Positions 1 through 12,552 of a DNA stretch of 64,000 nucleotides are shown here, one piece after another. The DNA is from Octopus vulgaris (taxonomy: Eukaryota). Under the pieces are notes generated by a model, which was given only the letters and a program-made list of their open reading frames with translations, was not told the origin of the DNA and did not search any database. The first letter of the stretch is position 1; the number at the start of each line of letters is the position of its first letter. The stretch is taken from NCBI GenBank assembly GCA_951406725.2, contig OX597830.1:51150001-51214000 (forward strand), read 5' to 3'. The position numbers and the translations under genes are program-made.

Positions 1-400
1 TCCTACGAAGGAAGTAAACTATCATTACATTAGCTTAGGTAGTAACGCTTTCAATCGTTACATGCTGAAATTATCATAATCGTTTTTTGGGGTTTTATTT
101 TTAATTTTATACTTGTATTTTCAAGGTGCAGAATACTTAGAAGACATCTTCTTCTGCACCTGAAGAGAATTCAGTGCCTGAATATTTAACACCGTTTAAA
201 CATATTTTAAAGAAACGACAACATCATTACCGATTTCTGGTTGCTAATGTGAACGTCTTTGCGCATTTCTATAGATGTATGATGAATTACTACATGTGTC
301 TATGTGCGCTTGCATATATATGTGTGTGTGTGCGTCTGTATATGTATATACATGTTTATACACACACATACATATATATAAATGCATGCATGTATGCATG

Positions 401-530
<130 letters not shown>

Positions 531-726
531 AACACATAAATGCAATAATAATGGGCTTTAGACATTCATTTATTTACTTATTTACTTAATAAAAATTTAG
601 CAATTAAGGACAACTTCTTAATAAGGAAAACTTAACAAGAAATTATCGGGTAGATAGCGTCGTTGATGTTGATCAGTTGGTTGCCCGGCTTTGACGATGT
701 AGGGTCGTTTATTTATGATACGTCCA

Positions 727-773
727 GACTTGCTGATGAATACATAGGTATGAAATCACAGGTGATACAAGTC
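727..773 (+). ncRNA. Type I hammerhead ribozyme, copy 1
   Basis: GACTTG-CTGATGA-ATAC(ATAG)GTAT-GAAA-TCAC(AG)GTGA-TA^CAAGTC. All three stems pair, the core is canonical, and the AUA cleavage site lies after 767. Confidence 0.88.
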
Positions 774-1185
774 CATATTTTAAATGTCTTACTTTGAAAA
801 ATTGCATTCGGTGGGATTAGTAAAATTTTTGGTAGAAATGACTAATTTTGTCCCTCTTAGCGTGTGGCATGTATGTATAATAATGCCCTCTATATATAAA
901 TTTAATATGTTCAATGAGAAAGAATTATTTTCGAAATTTTTTCTCTTATGAGGTTTTTCACGCTATCTACCCGATAATTTCTTGTTAAGTTTTCCTTATT
1001 AAGAAGTTGTCCTTAATTGCTAAATTTTTATTCCGAAAAAACTTTTCCTTTCCCGAAATGCAATTCGTAAAAGTCTGACATTTACCGGATGTAATATATG
1101 TAAACTAACCCATGTGCGTCGTTGATGTTGATCAGTTGGCTGCCCGGCTTTGACGATGTAGGGTCGTTTATTTATGATACGTCCA

Positions 1186-1232
1186 GACTTGCTGATGAAT
1201 ACAGAGGTATGAAATCATAGGTGATACAAGTC
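1186..1232 (+). ncRNA. Type I hammerhead ribozyme, copy 2
   Basis: GACTTG-CTGATGA-ATAC(AGAG)GTAT-GAAA-TCAT(AG)GTGA-TA^CAAGTC. Differs from copy 1 only by a loop change and a C-G to U-G wobble. Confidence 0.85.
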
Positions 1233-1478
1233 CATATTTTAAATGTCTTACTTTGAAAAATTGCATTCGGTGGGATTAGTAAAATGTTTGGTAGAAATGA
1301 CTAATTTTGTCCCTCTTAGCGTGTGGCATGTATGTATAATAATGCCCTCTATATATAAATTTAATATGTTCAATGAGAAAGAATTATTTTCGAAATTTTT
1401 TCTCTTATGAGGTTTTTCACGCTATCTACCCGATAATTTCTTGTTAAGTTTTCCTTATTAAGAAGTTGTCCTTAATTG

Positions 1479-1532
<54 letters not shown>

Positions 1533-1883
1533 ATCAGCAGTTTTGTTCAGTACGCGCATTGGATATAATTGCATTGCATTGATTGAACTTTAGATACCCC
1601 AATACAGATCCACTTCAATTGTTTTTATTACATGTTATTCTGTGTTCTGAATGCTTTATTTTAATAGATGTTGCTCACTACAAGTTATGAATGATTCTTT
1701 TATGACTTCATTGCTTTCAGGCTTATCTTAAGGCATTTTCGCGCCCGACATCATAAAATACGTCTGAATAAACGTTGCCGGACAGCTAATAAAAACTCGG
1801 ACATTCCTTTGAAAATACTTTTCATTTTTAACCTTCTGTATATTACGCACTAGTGATTTTGGTCTTTAAATTTTGGGAAAAAA

Positions 1884-1909
1884 TGCGGATAATACTCGAT
1901 GATTTACGG
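1884..1909. mobile_element. Solitary terminal inverted repeat of a pogo/Tc2-like DNA transposon
   Basis: ...GCGGATAATACTCGATGATTTACGG|TA resembles TA-CCGTA-type termini. No partner end found. Confidence 0.35.
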
Positions 1910-1991
1910 TATATATATATATATATATATATACAAACATTTATATGTTCATTTTTCAAGATTCTTGATGCCAATTCATGTGTTGAAACAG

Positions 1992-2256
1992 ATATTGTAT
2001 TTGGGGACGGTCATGTTGCCAGTTTAGCCTATAAAACACACGCACTCTAAATTTGGTGTGCACCTGCTTCATTAGTAAGGAAAGACATACAAAAATGCAA
2101 AGGACCACCGATGAGGTTACAGAAGTGTGACGAAAGAACTTAGGCTGAAATACGATTAATATAAAATAAAACTGAAGCAAGTGAACACCAAATGTATGGT
2201 GCGTGTGATTTTATTGGCTAAACTCGCAACATAACCATCCCCAAATAGAACAATAT
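1992..2256. mobile_element. Foldback element with ~80-bp imperfect inverted arms and a degenerate HHR-like motif
   Basis: 1992-2071 is inverted relative to 2173-2256. The spacer holds CCGATGA-G-GTTAC(AGAAGT)GTGAC-GAAA at 2108-2135. Lies between (TA)n tracts. Confidence 0.6.
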
Positions 2257-2266
2257 ATATATATAC

Positions 2267-2324
<58 letters not shown>

Positions 2325-2658
2325 TTATGTACATATATTCATACATACATGCATACTTACATATATACACACATATAGATATATATGTGTGGAAGAATGG
2401 TTGTAGAAAGTTGAATGCCTATGCGACGTTCTATCAGATTTGCTAAGACTTTTTTTTTATTCAAAGTATTTCACAAAATTCTTTTCATGTCGGAACGTTG
2501 CGTTGTGCTTTTTGGTAAATTTGTTGGTGTACGTACACACACACACACATATAATTTTGTGTGCGCATTTATGTGCATATGCATTAGAGATGTGATATAT
2601 AAACATATACAAGTGTGCATGTAGATATATAGACACACACACACAAACCCACATACAC

Positions 2659-2699
<41 letters not shown>

Positions 2700-2732
2700 C
2701 ATACTTATATATATATATATACATACTTATAT

Positions 2733-2766
<34 letters not shown>

Positions 2767-2767
2767 C

Positions 2768-2805
<38 letters not shown>

Positions 2806-2835
2806 CATATGTATGTATGTGTGTGTGTATGTATG

Positions 2836-2879
<44 letters not shown>

Positions 2880-3312
2880 GTGTTGTGATTATATTTCAGT
2901 GCAAAAGCATTTTGGGAGATGTGTGTATGAAAGCGTGCCTCTCTATCTATTTCTCTATCTTTATTCCGCTCACTCTCTCGCTATCTATCTCTCTATCTCA
3001 CCCCGCTCTCTCTCGCTCTCTCGCTCCCCCCTCTCTCTCTCTCTCTCTCTCTCCCTTTTTTTGTGAAAGTGTTGAGGTGGGCAATGAATGAAAGACTGTT
3101 TTGAAAGGAATGTTTTGCCGTTCTCTTTCTTCACTTCGGATAATACTTTAAAATATATTTCTTCAAATGGTGGGAATCCTTATCTTTTATTTCTAGGTGT
3201 GTTCAGTGAGTTGGGTTTTTTAAAAATCTTCTCATAATGTGTTTTTTTTTCCTTTTTTCTTCTATACGATTATTATTATGATCGTTATTGTTGTGTGGTG
3301 TTTTTGATTTTT

Positions 3313-3339
3313 ATCATCATCATCGTTTCCACATTTATT

Positions 3340-3388
<49 letters not shown>

Positions 3389-3413
3389 CCATCATCATCA
3401 TCACCATCATCAC

Positions 3414-3452
<39 letters not shown>

Positions 3453-3468
3453 TATCATCATCATCATC
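3313..3468. repeat. (CAT)n microsatellite
   Basis: Directly visible trinucleotide run; source of the poly-D/H/I/M ORFs. Confidence 0.95.
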
Positions 3469-3621
3469 GTCTATGTTTGGCGTGGTTACTATAGCAGGAA
3501 GCAACCATGTAGCCAAAGTTTTATATAACGATTCTTATGCATGACAATTTTTTTTGCATTCTCAGTCTCTCCCCTCTTTTTCTGTCTGTCTGCCTCTCTC
3601 TCCCTCTCATCTCTCTCCCTT

Positions 3622-3659
<38 letters not shown>

Positions 3660-4018
3660 CGTGTAAATGTCTGCATGCAATTATACATTTAAATATAAAG
3701 AGGCACTTCACAATTTACATTAGTAGATATTAAATTCAATATCTATTATAATGGCTCCAGACATCAGGCTTAAACGTCCATGTGTTTACAATGATATTCA
3801 GTGGAAAACAATTAATCTGCAAGCAGCCAACTGCTATAAATAGTTGGTCAAGGTGGTGTGTACTTTGGAAGAGAGACGGAAATAATGCATTGCTTTTCAA
3901 CACAGCTAGAAACCAAACAATGTGCGGCAGAAAAAATATAATGAGCAAACTGTGCACTTAGAAATTCTTTCGTTAGAATAACTGCAAATGATTTACCGTT
4001 TGAAAGTGTTCAAAAATC

Positions 4019-4146
4019 AACAGAATCAACAAAGTGATTCAAGTGCAGAGAGTTTCGTGTATTGGCACTTATCAAACTTGATATGAAGTCTGATAAGTGC
4101 CAACGCACGAAAATCCCGGCCCTCGAGTCACTCCGTTGTTCCTGCT
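4019..4146. ncRNA. Inverted pair of hammerhead-like motifs (YTGATAA core)
   Basis: Plus strand: AGT-CTGATAA-GTGC(CAAC)GCAC-GAAA-ATC..GAG-TC-ACT. Minus strand: AAGT-TTGATAA-GTGC(CAAT)ACAC-GAAA-CTC..GAA-TC-ACTT. Confidence 0.65.
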
Positions 4147-5154
4147 AAATATTAATGTGTGTGTGTATGCGCGCATGTGTGTGTGTATACATACAGACAT
4201 ACATGCATACATATGAGAAGCTGAAAATGCAAAGAGAATATATATAAAGAGTTATTTAAATTAAGATGAATACACTTAACCGGTTCCATGTTTATTTGAT
4301 TTTCAAAAATGCTAGTTCAGGAAGGCAGAGCTATATTGCAAACTGCGTCGTTTCTAATCTTTCTTCTAAAAGTCGTTTGTGGCTAAGATCGCTGTCAACT
4401 GACGGGAAGATTGATTGATTAGGGATGGTTACGTGATAAGGTTACAGAATTTTAGGTCAGTTCTCTGCTACGTCAGTGTTCACGGAAACCGTGGATGGCT
4501 TATAATGTGAAAAGAAATGAACTGCGCAGGTTTTCGCTGTCAGTGTTCTTATTCCTAGATATACACATAATACCCAAGTGAATTTGGAATAACAACATTA
4601 CATTCTAAATTAACCTCAAAATGTGGCTCACTGAATGATAATAGTATTACTCTTGGTTTAAATTAAAAAGTTCGTAGTTTGTACCTAATCAGATACTATA
4701 CACAAATATAAGAAAATATATGAATCCAAACGGAGATCAACTCAATTGAAAATCTTAAGATATTTGGCTTTTTTTTTTTCACTATTGATGCAGATGTGGC
4801 CTTGTTGTAAGAAGTTTGGTTCCAGATACAAATGAACAGCCAGATAATATAAAAAGAAACTTGTGGATTTAGCGATCAAGCATGGTGACTGGTTTGGAAA
4901 TAATAGGTTTGAAAGAAGAGGAAATAAAGTATTGGTGATCCCAGAACGAAGGTGCATGTGTGTGTATGTGAGAATGTGTGTGTGGGGGGGATAGAAGCTA
5001 GTGACTTTGACGTGTGGCTGTGTGCGTCTCTAATGTGTGGGTGTGTGGATGATGGTGTGATGTGGTGTGCTGGTGTGGTAGTGTGTGGTGGGATGTGGGC
5101 TGGGGCGTGGTGGGGTATGGTGATGTGGGGGTGGAGGCGTAGGAGTGGGATGAG

Positions 5155-5255
5155 GATGTGGCAGAAAGAGCATGAAATGCAGTAAATGACGTTGCTAGAA
5201 GTGCAGTAAAAGAGTCGGTGATATGATAGGGATGATGATGGGTGCCTGTGACATT
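5155..5255 (-). pseudogene. Penelope-like element GIY-YIG endonuclease fragment
   Basis: Translates, with one frameshift, as ..HITDSF/CTSSNVIYCISCSFC, matching the PLE endonuclease motif FTCTSSNVIYCIxC. Confidence 0.7.
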
Positions 5256-5290
5256 GAACCAAGAGACCTATTATCAGTGTGTTCCACTCG

Positions 5291-5400
<110 letters not shown>

Positions 5401-5510
5401 GGTAGGTAGGTATGCATGTATGTATGTATGTATGTATTATATGATATGGACTTATTTCAATTTCCGTCTATCAAATCCACTCGCAAGGTTTGTATACATA
5501 CATATATATG

Positions 5511-5566
<56 letters not shown>

Positions 5567-5888
5567 ATGGAGGTGGAAATAGCACAGAAGTAAGTCTAAG
5601 ACATATAGTCTTCTATGTTAAAAATTTGACTCTGAGGAATTCCTAATTACTTACATGTCTATCTCACATGTAAATCTTTATAATCCCTATTAGCAAATAA
5701 TACACGTGTAATGGAAATAAACAGCATCAAAACATTTGCAATTTTCTGTTTTATTATACTCTTAGTCAAATGCTGAGATTGATTCATATTATTGACTCTC
5801 CCCAATTCTTAAAAGTGATCCTTGTGCCTCTATGATAAATCATCATCATCATCATCATAGTTATTGTTGTTGTTGTTGTTGTTGTTAA

Positions 5889-6045
5889 GGAGGCTAGCAG
5901 GCAAACATCGTTAGCACGACAGGCAAAAATGCTTTTGTCTGCCTTTTCCTTGTAAGTTCAAATTCCACTGACATCAACATTGTTTTTCATCCTTTTGGGA
6001 TCGGTGAAATTAGTTTGACTAGCCCCCTCTCCAAAAAATTTCAGA
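5889..6045 (+). mobile_element. Degenerate tRNA-derived SINE, family A
   Basis: GGAGGCTAGCAGGC...GTTCAAATTCCAC...TTTCATCCTTTTGGGATCG resembles the intact copies. Confidence 0.6.
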
Positions 6046-6087
6046 CATTTTGGCTACAGTAGATAAAATGATTATTAATATTTGTCA

Positions 6088-6110
6088 TAGTAGTAGTCGT
6101 AGTAGTAGTG

Positions 6111-6156
<46 letters not shown>

Positions 6157-6189
6157 CCAGTATGTTAATAATGATAATAATAACAATGA

Positions 6190-6224
<35 letters not shown>

Positions 6225-6237
6225 ATAGTAGTAGTTC

Positions 6238-6268
<31 letters not shown>

Positions 6269-6270
6269 TC

Positions 6271-6301
<31 letters not shown>

Positions 6302-6330
6302 TCTAGTAGTAGTAGTAGTAGTAGTAGTAG
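6088..6330. repeat. (TAG)n compound microsatellite
   Basis: Direct observation. Confidence 0.95.
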
Positions 6331-7012
6331 TTACTTTTGTCATTGTTGCCTTTGTTGTTGTCGTTGCGGTGGGGGTGGGGGGTGGGCTATTGTATGGTTG
6401 AACGGTTGAATAATCTAGCACTTCCGTTTGTTTACTCTGTATATCTTTCCAATATGTCTCTTTTCATCGAAAACGGAAAATATTCCTTTATGGTTTTTTT
6501 TTTCCTTCCTTTTTCCCTCCGTTTCCATTTTCATTTTGATTTTCCTCATCCTTTTTTTTTTTTTTTATCTCTCTAGCTAGTATTTCAAAACGTCTTTTTT
6601 TCAAGAGACACATCAATCTCTTTATCTTTCTCATTCACTTTTCCTCTCCTTTGCCCCCTCCCCTTCGCCCCACTTTCCACCCTCTCTCATTCTCACTCAT
6701 TCAACGATTCTATTATCTACCACTCTCTCTATTCTTTGGGCTTGTTCACCTTACATTCAAGATATTTCTTTTTATTTTTTGGTCATAAATCTAAGACGTT
6801 CTAAGCATTTTATTTCCTATTCCATTTCTTTTAAAGTTCACGTTCATTTACATACATACATGCACATATATGCTTATGTGTATGTGCATACATGCCTATA
6901 TATGTATATGTATGTGTTATGTATAAATATACACATATATATCTGTGCATATATATATATATACATATATATTCATATATATATGTCGGTGTGTGTACAT
7001 ATATATTTATAC

Positions 7013-7060
<48 letters not shown>

Positions 7061-7504
7061 GTATATATATATATGTATTTGTATTTATGTACGTATGTCT
7101 GTGTATAGCTGCATATATGCTTGTATATGTGTATGTGTGAGTACCTATACAAAAAAGGCTTTCACTTAACACAACAAACGCATTATTTTTGTCTGTAAAT
7201 TCTAAATGTAAATGTAACCCATCAGATGCAGTTTTCATACACTCTTCTTATACCCTTAACGCAATATCCTGCCCTACACTCTAATTCTTCTACATTCTCA
7301 TCGCTCTCCATAAATCTCCAATACAAAGTGGTTTCCGGTCACGTCACAATTTTTTTCTTCAGATTCCATTTTGGTTTTGACGTGATACACACGCACACAC
7401 GCATGTGCACATATCTACAACTGATACATGGATACATACATACACACATGCATACATACATACATACATACATGCATGCATACATGCATACATACATACA
7501 TACA

Positions 7505-7535
<31 letters not shown>

Positions 7536-8017
7536 GTTTCTCGTGTGTGTCTGTGTATCTATCTGTATATAATACATACAGTATGTATGTATACATCAAT
7601 CTATATACATGTACACAAACAAATATGCACACAAATACACCAACCTAACTATGTACGAATGTATGAATGAATGTATGCATGTATATCTATGTGTGTGTGT
7701 GTATCGTGGGGTGGGGAAAATTGAGAGAGAGAGAGAAACGGAGGAACAGAGAAAGATTTGGTGAGGCGGTATAGCAGTACTTACGACTGGACTACTAATA
7801 TGATGAATTACTTCAATTTGGGAGTGGCAAGTTCAAATCTTAAATTCGGTATTTAGGTGAAAATCTAAGTTACTACTGTGTATACCATATGTCTATAAAA
7901 TGACCATAAATTCTTTAGAAATACGAAGTAATGATGAAACAATAGACAAAGTGAACAAGATCGTTAAAGCACCCATAAGAAAGCAACAACGTATTATCTG
8001 GAGAGATTTTGGTTCAG

Positions 8018-8200
8018 CTGCTTGACAACCGGTGTTAGTGTGTTTATGTCCACGTAACACTAGCTGTTTGTCAAAAAGATCCTGATAGAATAAGTACCAG
8101 GCTTTTAAAAAAAATAAGTACTGGGGTCGAATAAAAATTCTTCAAAGTGGTGCCCCAGTATGGCCGCAGTCTAATGACTGAAACATGTAAAACTAAAAAA
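8018..8200 (+). mobile_element. 3' half of SINE family B
   Basis: GCTTGACAACCGGTGTT...GATAGAATAAGTACCAGGC...TGGCCGCAGTCTAATGACTGAAAC matches 56215-56400. Confidence 0.75.
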
Positions 8201-8637
8201 ATGTCAAAGATAGACAGTAAGAGTGAGTAGAGTTGCCAGTGAGTTAAATAAAGGGCTTGGCCTTATTTTGTTCAGATGTTTTGCGCTCTGTGTTCAAATC
8301 CCACCAAATTCGTCTTCGATGTTTACCCTTTTAGATACTCCTGAGGAAGGAAAAGTTTTTGTACCAATATCCAGCAATCAAGTCTCTTCATGATACTTCT
8401 CTAATAAGTCTCAAGAATATCAGCACAGTGTGTTGGATGTAACGTAGAACAACATTTCTTTTTGAATTTCTTTTCGCCTTGCTATATCTTCCTTAAATTC
8501 CTGCCCATCACTCTGGATTTTATTCATTAATTAATGTGTATCTTCCTAAGAAGGGATAACTGTGATATTTATGGACTGCCTTCTCATATGTCTGCAAACA
8601 TTCTGAGTGGTTTCAGCTGAATTTCTTAATAATTATA

Positions 8638-9200
8638 TTGGGTTGTCCGGAAACTTCGTGCCGATTTATAGTAGATTACCTTTCGACTTATTTTAGAACA
8701 TGGTTGAGTCCATAAAATAGGATTTGACTACACCTCTATTTAAAGCGCAGTTTAAGCTATCTTTTCGTGGAAAGTTTATGTTCCTATAACCTGTGTTATT
8801 TCTGTAACCCTTTAAAATGGAAGATAAGAAAGTTCATTTTCGGCACTTGATGCTTTGGGAACCAGACAAAAATTGCTGCAGCTCGGCTTGGATGTGTTAC
8901 CCCACCTTCCATATTCACCAGATATTGCTCCTTCGGATTTCCACTTACTCAGGTCTCTGCAGAATAGTCTTAATGGTAAAAAGTTCAATTCCCCGAACGA
9001 CGTAAACAGATACCTTGATGAATTCTTTGCCATGAAACCACCTCAATTCTGGTAAAAAGGTATTTTCAAGTTAAAGGAAAGATGGGGACGCATTGTGCAA
9101 CAAAATAGTTCATATTTGGTTGATTAAAAATGTAATGGCAAGTATTTATTGACCTTTTTGTTTCCTTTAAAAATCGGCACGAACTTTCCGGACAACCCAA
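8638..9200 (+). mobile_element. Internally deleted mariner (DD34D) transposon
   Basis: TIRs TTGGGTTGTCCGGAAACTTCGTGCCGATTT / AAATCGGCACGAACTTTCCGGACAACCCAA flanked by TA. N-terminus MEDKKVHFRHLMLWE is joined to C-terminus HLPYSPDIAPSDFHLLRSLQN; most of the ORF is missing. Confidence 0.93.
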
Positions 9201-9676
9201 TATTTGTTTAGGCTCTTCTGTTCCGATGCGAGAGGCTTTCCTTGACAGACTCTTACTCCTGTATCAGGCTCATTAATTCTCTCCTCATTTTACCATCTCC
9301 AAACGTTCTTTCTATTTTATTTCCCCCTTTCCTGAAGGTAACAAGCGCAGCTATCTGTTTATTTATAAGTGATAAACAACACCACTTAAATTATAGTCTT
9401 TCACTGATCAACGATCTTGTTCCAAATCAATGATGGCTATTGTTTTCCATTAATTTTGCTTTCTTTTACTTGCTCCGTACCTTCAAGGTAGGACTTGGCA
9501 TTTGATGAGAGGGTATATAATCAAGCATTTATTTGCCATAATCAAGGCGTATTATTTTGTCGTAAGAATTTCCCCGGTTTCTTTGATCACATCAACACCA
9601 GCTCAGTCATACTTCCAATAATGCTAATTAACTGAAACCCTTTATAGCAGGTGTTTTCAAAATGAAGTAAAAATAC

Positions 9677-9874
9677 CGCTGCTTCCAGCTCGTAGCACAA
9701 TTATTATCATCATCACTACTGCTACTGATGCTGTGCTGTGGACGGTCAGATTGACTACTGGGTAATATAGTAGCAATAGGAATCTGGTCTTTTGTTATGT
9801 GTTGCATCATCGTTGTGATCGCAAATGTGTGTTTTGGAGTATTTTCACGTAGTTCTATTTGTGCAGTATTCACG
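9677..9874 (-). other. Candidate host exon (198 nt, symmetric phase), product unknown
   Basis: Acceptor ATTTTATTTCCCACAG, open frame VNTAQIELRENTPKH...SWKQ, GT donor. No recognisable homology. Confidence 0.25.
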
Positions 9875-11593
9875 CTGTGGGAAATAAAATCGCGTTCTTT
9901 AATTTTCGGAAAAAGTTACAATCACCAACCAGTCTCTTCTTGTGTTCCAAAAATGTAGTGCTTGACGTGATTGTTTTGTTGTGGAATAATTTAGTACTAG
10001 CTGAAATTCTTTCTGATATATTTTTATTCTACTCATAGAGCCAAGAGAGGAATCTTTTTTCGTCGTTTTATAGTAATCAAATAAGTCACTGCTGAGTGTA
10101 TAACTCTAACAAAAATACAAGTAATACATACGTACAACATATAAATACATTTGTTAGTATATATATTTACTTTGGTATATGTGCGGATGGGGTTTTTTCC
10201 ACCAGAATTCTTCATTGAAAAATGGTAATTTGTAACACTGAAAAAGAAACCCCGTCGTTAGAAATTGGATAAGAAAAACGATGTTACATGTTGAAGTTTA
10301 GAAAAATCTCGCATATATTTATTGCTCCTCTTACAGATTGTGTCTGCAAATATGAGTTTGTGGATTTCATTTCTTTTTTTTTTTTTCTTTCTTTTTGTTG
10401 AAAATTCTAGTTTTTTTCTTGCTTGACATTTAGATGTTTAATAACATAGCTAAGCGAATCAGTAATTATTGGTATAAATGTGAATTTGTAATCATGGTAA
10501 AAAAGTGCAAGTTCTTAGAAACCTTCCCATAAACATACTTCTCCTCGCTGGGTCTGAAAGAAATGCTTACATTTATAGGGCAGCTGACCTCTATGACTAA
10601 TAATTATTTTTACCTTCTCTCTCCCAGAATATATGTACAAATCCCGATTTAAGTTTGCCCTTTGTCACTTGCGCAGCGCATGTCATCTTCCGTATTTCAC
10701 CTAATGTTATCGGCCTTACACAAGACTTTGCGTCATTCGACGTGAGTCATTAGGAGGTAAGCACTTGATTTCACCACCGTCTACAATCCATCACTCCTTC
10801 CAGACAGTCGAGCAAAGTGCAGCCACATTCATCTACTTGGAACCGAGTGGCACATGCGTGCGTTGTCCATCAAAGGCCGATTTGTGGCTTTCTAGTCACA
10901 CCAAGCTTCCGTCACTAGAGTCCATCAAACGGTTTTGCTTTACCTCTTGTTTTATTAGGCTAAATGTTTTGAATTAAAGAATTCGTTGAGAGTTATTTCC
11001 ACCATTGTCACATAAATCTTGATGCAATTTCCAATTGCTCATTCTACCTTGCCAACTATACCCCTGTAAGGCTATTCCTCTCTGTCATTGGATCTTGTAC
11101 TAGATATTATCCGTTTTAGACTTAATCACAGATGGTATGGCATTGAAAAGTACTACACTACCGATTTATGACGATTACGCAAAAGTCCAGAAACCAGAGC
11201 TTAAGAATTGGTCGATTATATCGATCCCAACACGTAACTGATTCTTTATATATCGATTCTGGAAAGATAAAAGTCAAAGTTGATCGCTGTGAGATTTGCA
11301 ATCAGAGCGTGAAGAGCCGGACCAAATACCGCAATGATAACATCAATGATATTTTTTACTTCCAGGGGGCGCTGCTGAATACAGACTGCGCATAATGCAG
11401 AAGTTTTTCTTTTTTCTTTTACATACCACGGGATCGCAGTTGAAAATAGGCTGTTTGTAGTGCAGAGGTTTAGATAAAAGCAGATGAAGACAGACAAAAC
11501 AAAGGACAAGAAGAATACATACTATACAAATATGTCTGGATATATAGATACTAGAGTATTCGTGATACAGGTTTACATATAATGAAATGAGGG

Positions 11594-11629
<36 letters not shown>

Positions 11630-12059
11630 GAATGCAAAAATTGGGACAAGAATGCAAAACATCCAGGATGATGATACAAAAAAGGGACAAGAAAAAACAA
11701 GGACGGATCATTCGGGGCTTTCTTTCCCCAATCAAGTCCCAGATTATCTTTGCAATTTCAGTTTGTTATACTCGAGATTGCTCCAATCTGGCTAGCGTTC
11801 TTCGCTTTGAAACCAAAAGAGTTTTACATTGATGGATTAAAAAGCCTGTAAATAGATGGAAGGAAGTAATAGATAATCAGGGAAACTGCATTGATGATTA
11901 AATTTCAATTAAATATAACATTCGATCACTTGTTTTCTTTATTCACAATTCGGACAGAACTTATGGGATGACCTAATAATCAATTAAACTGAGAAAAGAA
12001 TATATAGTATACAATAGTAAAAATAAAATTAAATTAAAAATAATAATTTTAGTAATAAT

Positions 12060-12496
12060 TCCAAGGTTTGGCAAAAGGCCTGTAATTTTGGAGAAGAAGG
12101 TTAAGTCGATTAAGCTGTCTCCAGTGCGCAGCAGGTACTTATTTTATCGACCCTGATAAAAAATAAGGATGAAATGCAAAATAGAAAGGATGAAAGACAA
12201 AATCGACCTTGGTGGAATTTGAACTCAGAACGGGAAGACGGACTAAATGCCGTTAAGCATTTCACCTGACGAGCTAAAGCATGAGATCTGCAGTTTTTGG
12301 TGAGTGGTACAGTCGATTACGTCGATCCCTATTACTTGACTTGGACTTATTTTATCGACCCGAAAGAATAAAATCCAAAGTTGACTTCGGAGGTATTTGA
12401 ACGCAGAATGTAAAGGCAGATAAAATGCTGCTAAACATTTTTTCCGGCGTACTAACGATTCAGCCAGTATGTTAATAATGATAATAATAACAATGA

Positions 12497-12552
<56 letters not shown>

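Larger units (their letters stand above)
588..1481 (+). mobile_element. Non-autonomous Penelope-like pLTR / retrozyme-like element: partial tandem repeat (459-nt period) with an inverted 5' segment
   Basis: Near-identical direct repeat 657-1022 / 1116-1481. 588-660 is the exact reverse complement of 960-1032. Ends in (TA)n. One HHR per unit. Confidence 0.8.

Noticed and set aside
125-225. Hairpin GGTGCAGAA/TTCTGCACC followed by CTGAAGA
   Set aside because: No GAAA directly after the adjacent hairpin and no stem III, so not supportable as a hammerhead.
11625-11810. Segment next to (TA)n suspected to be another pLTR-like element
   Set aside because: No recognisable ribozyme core, inverted arm or second copy in the window.
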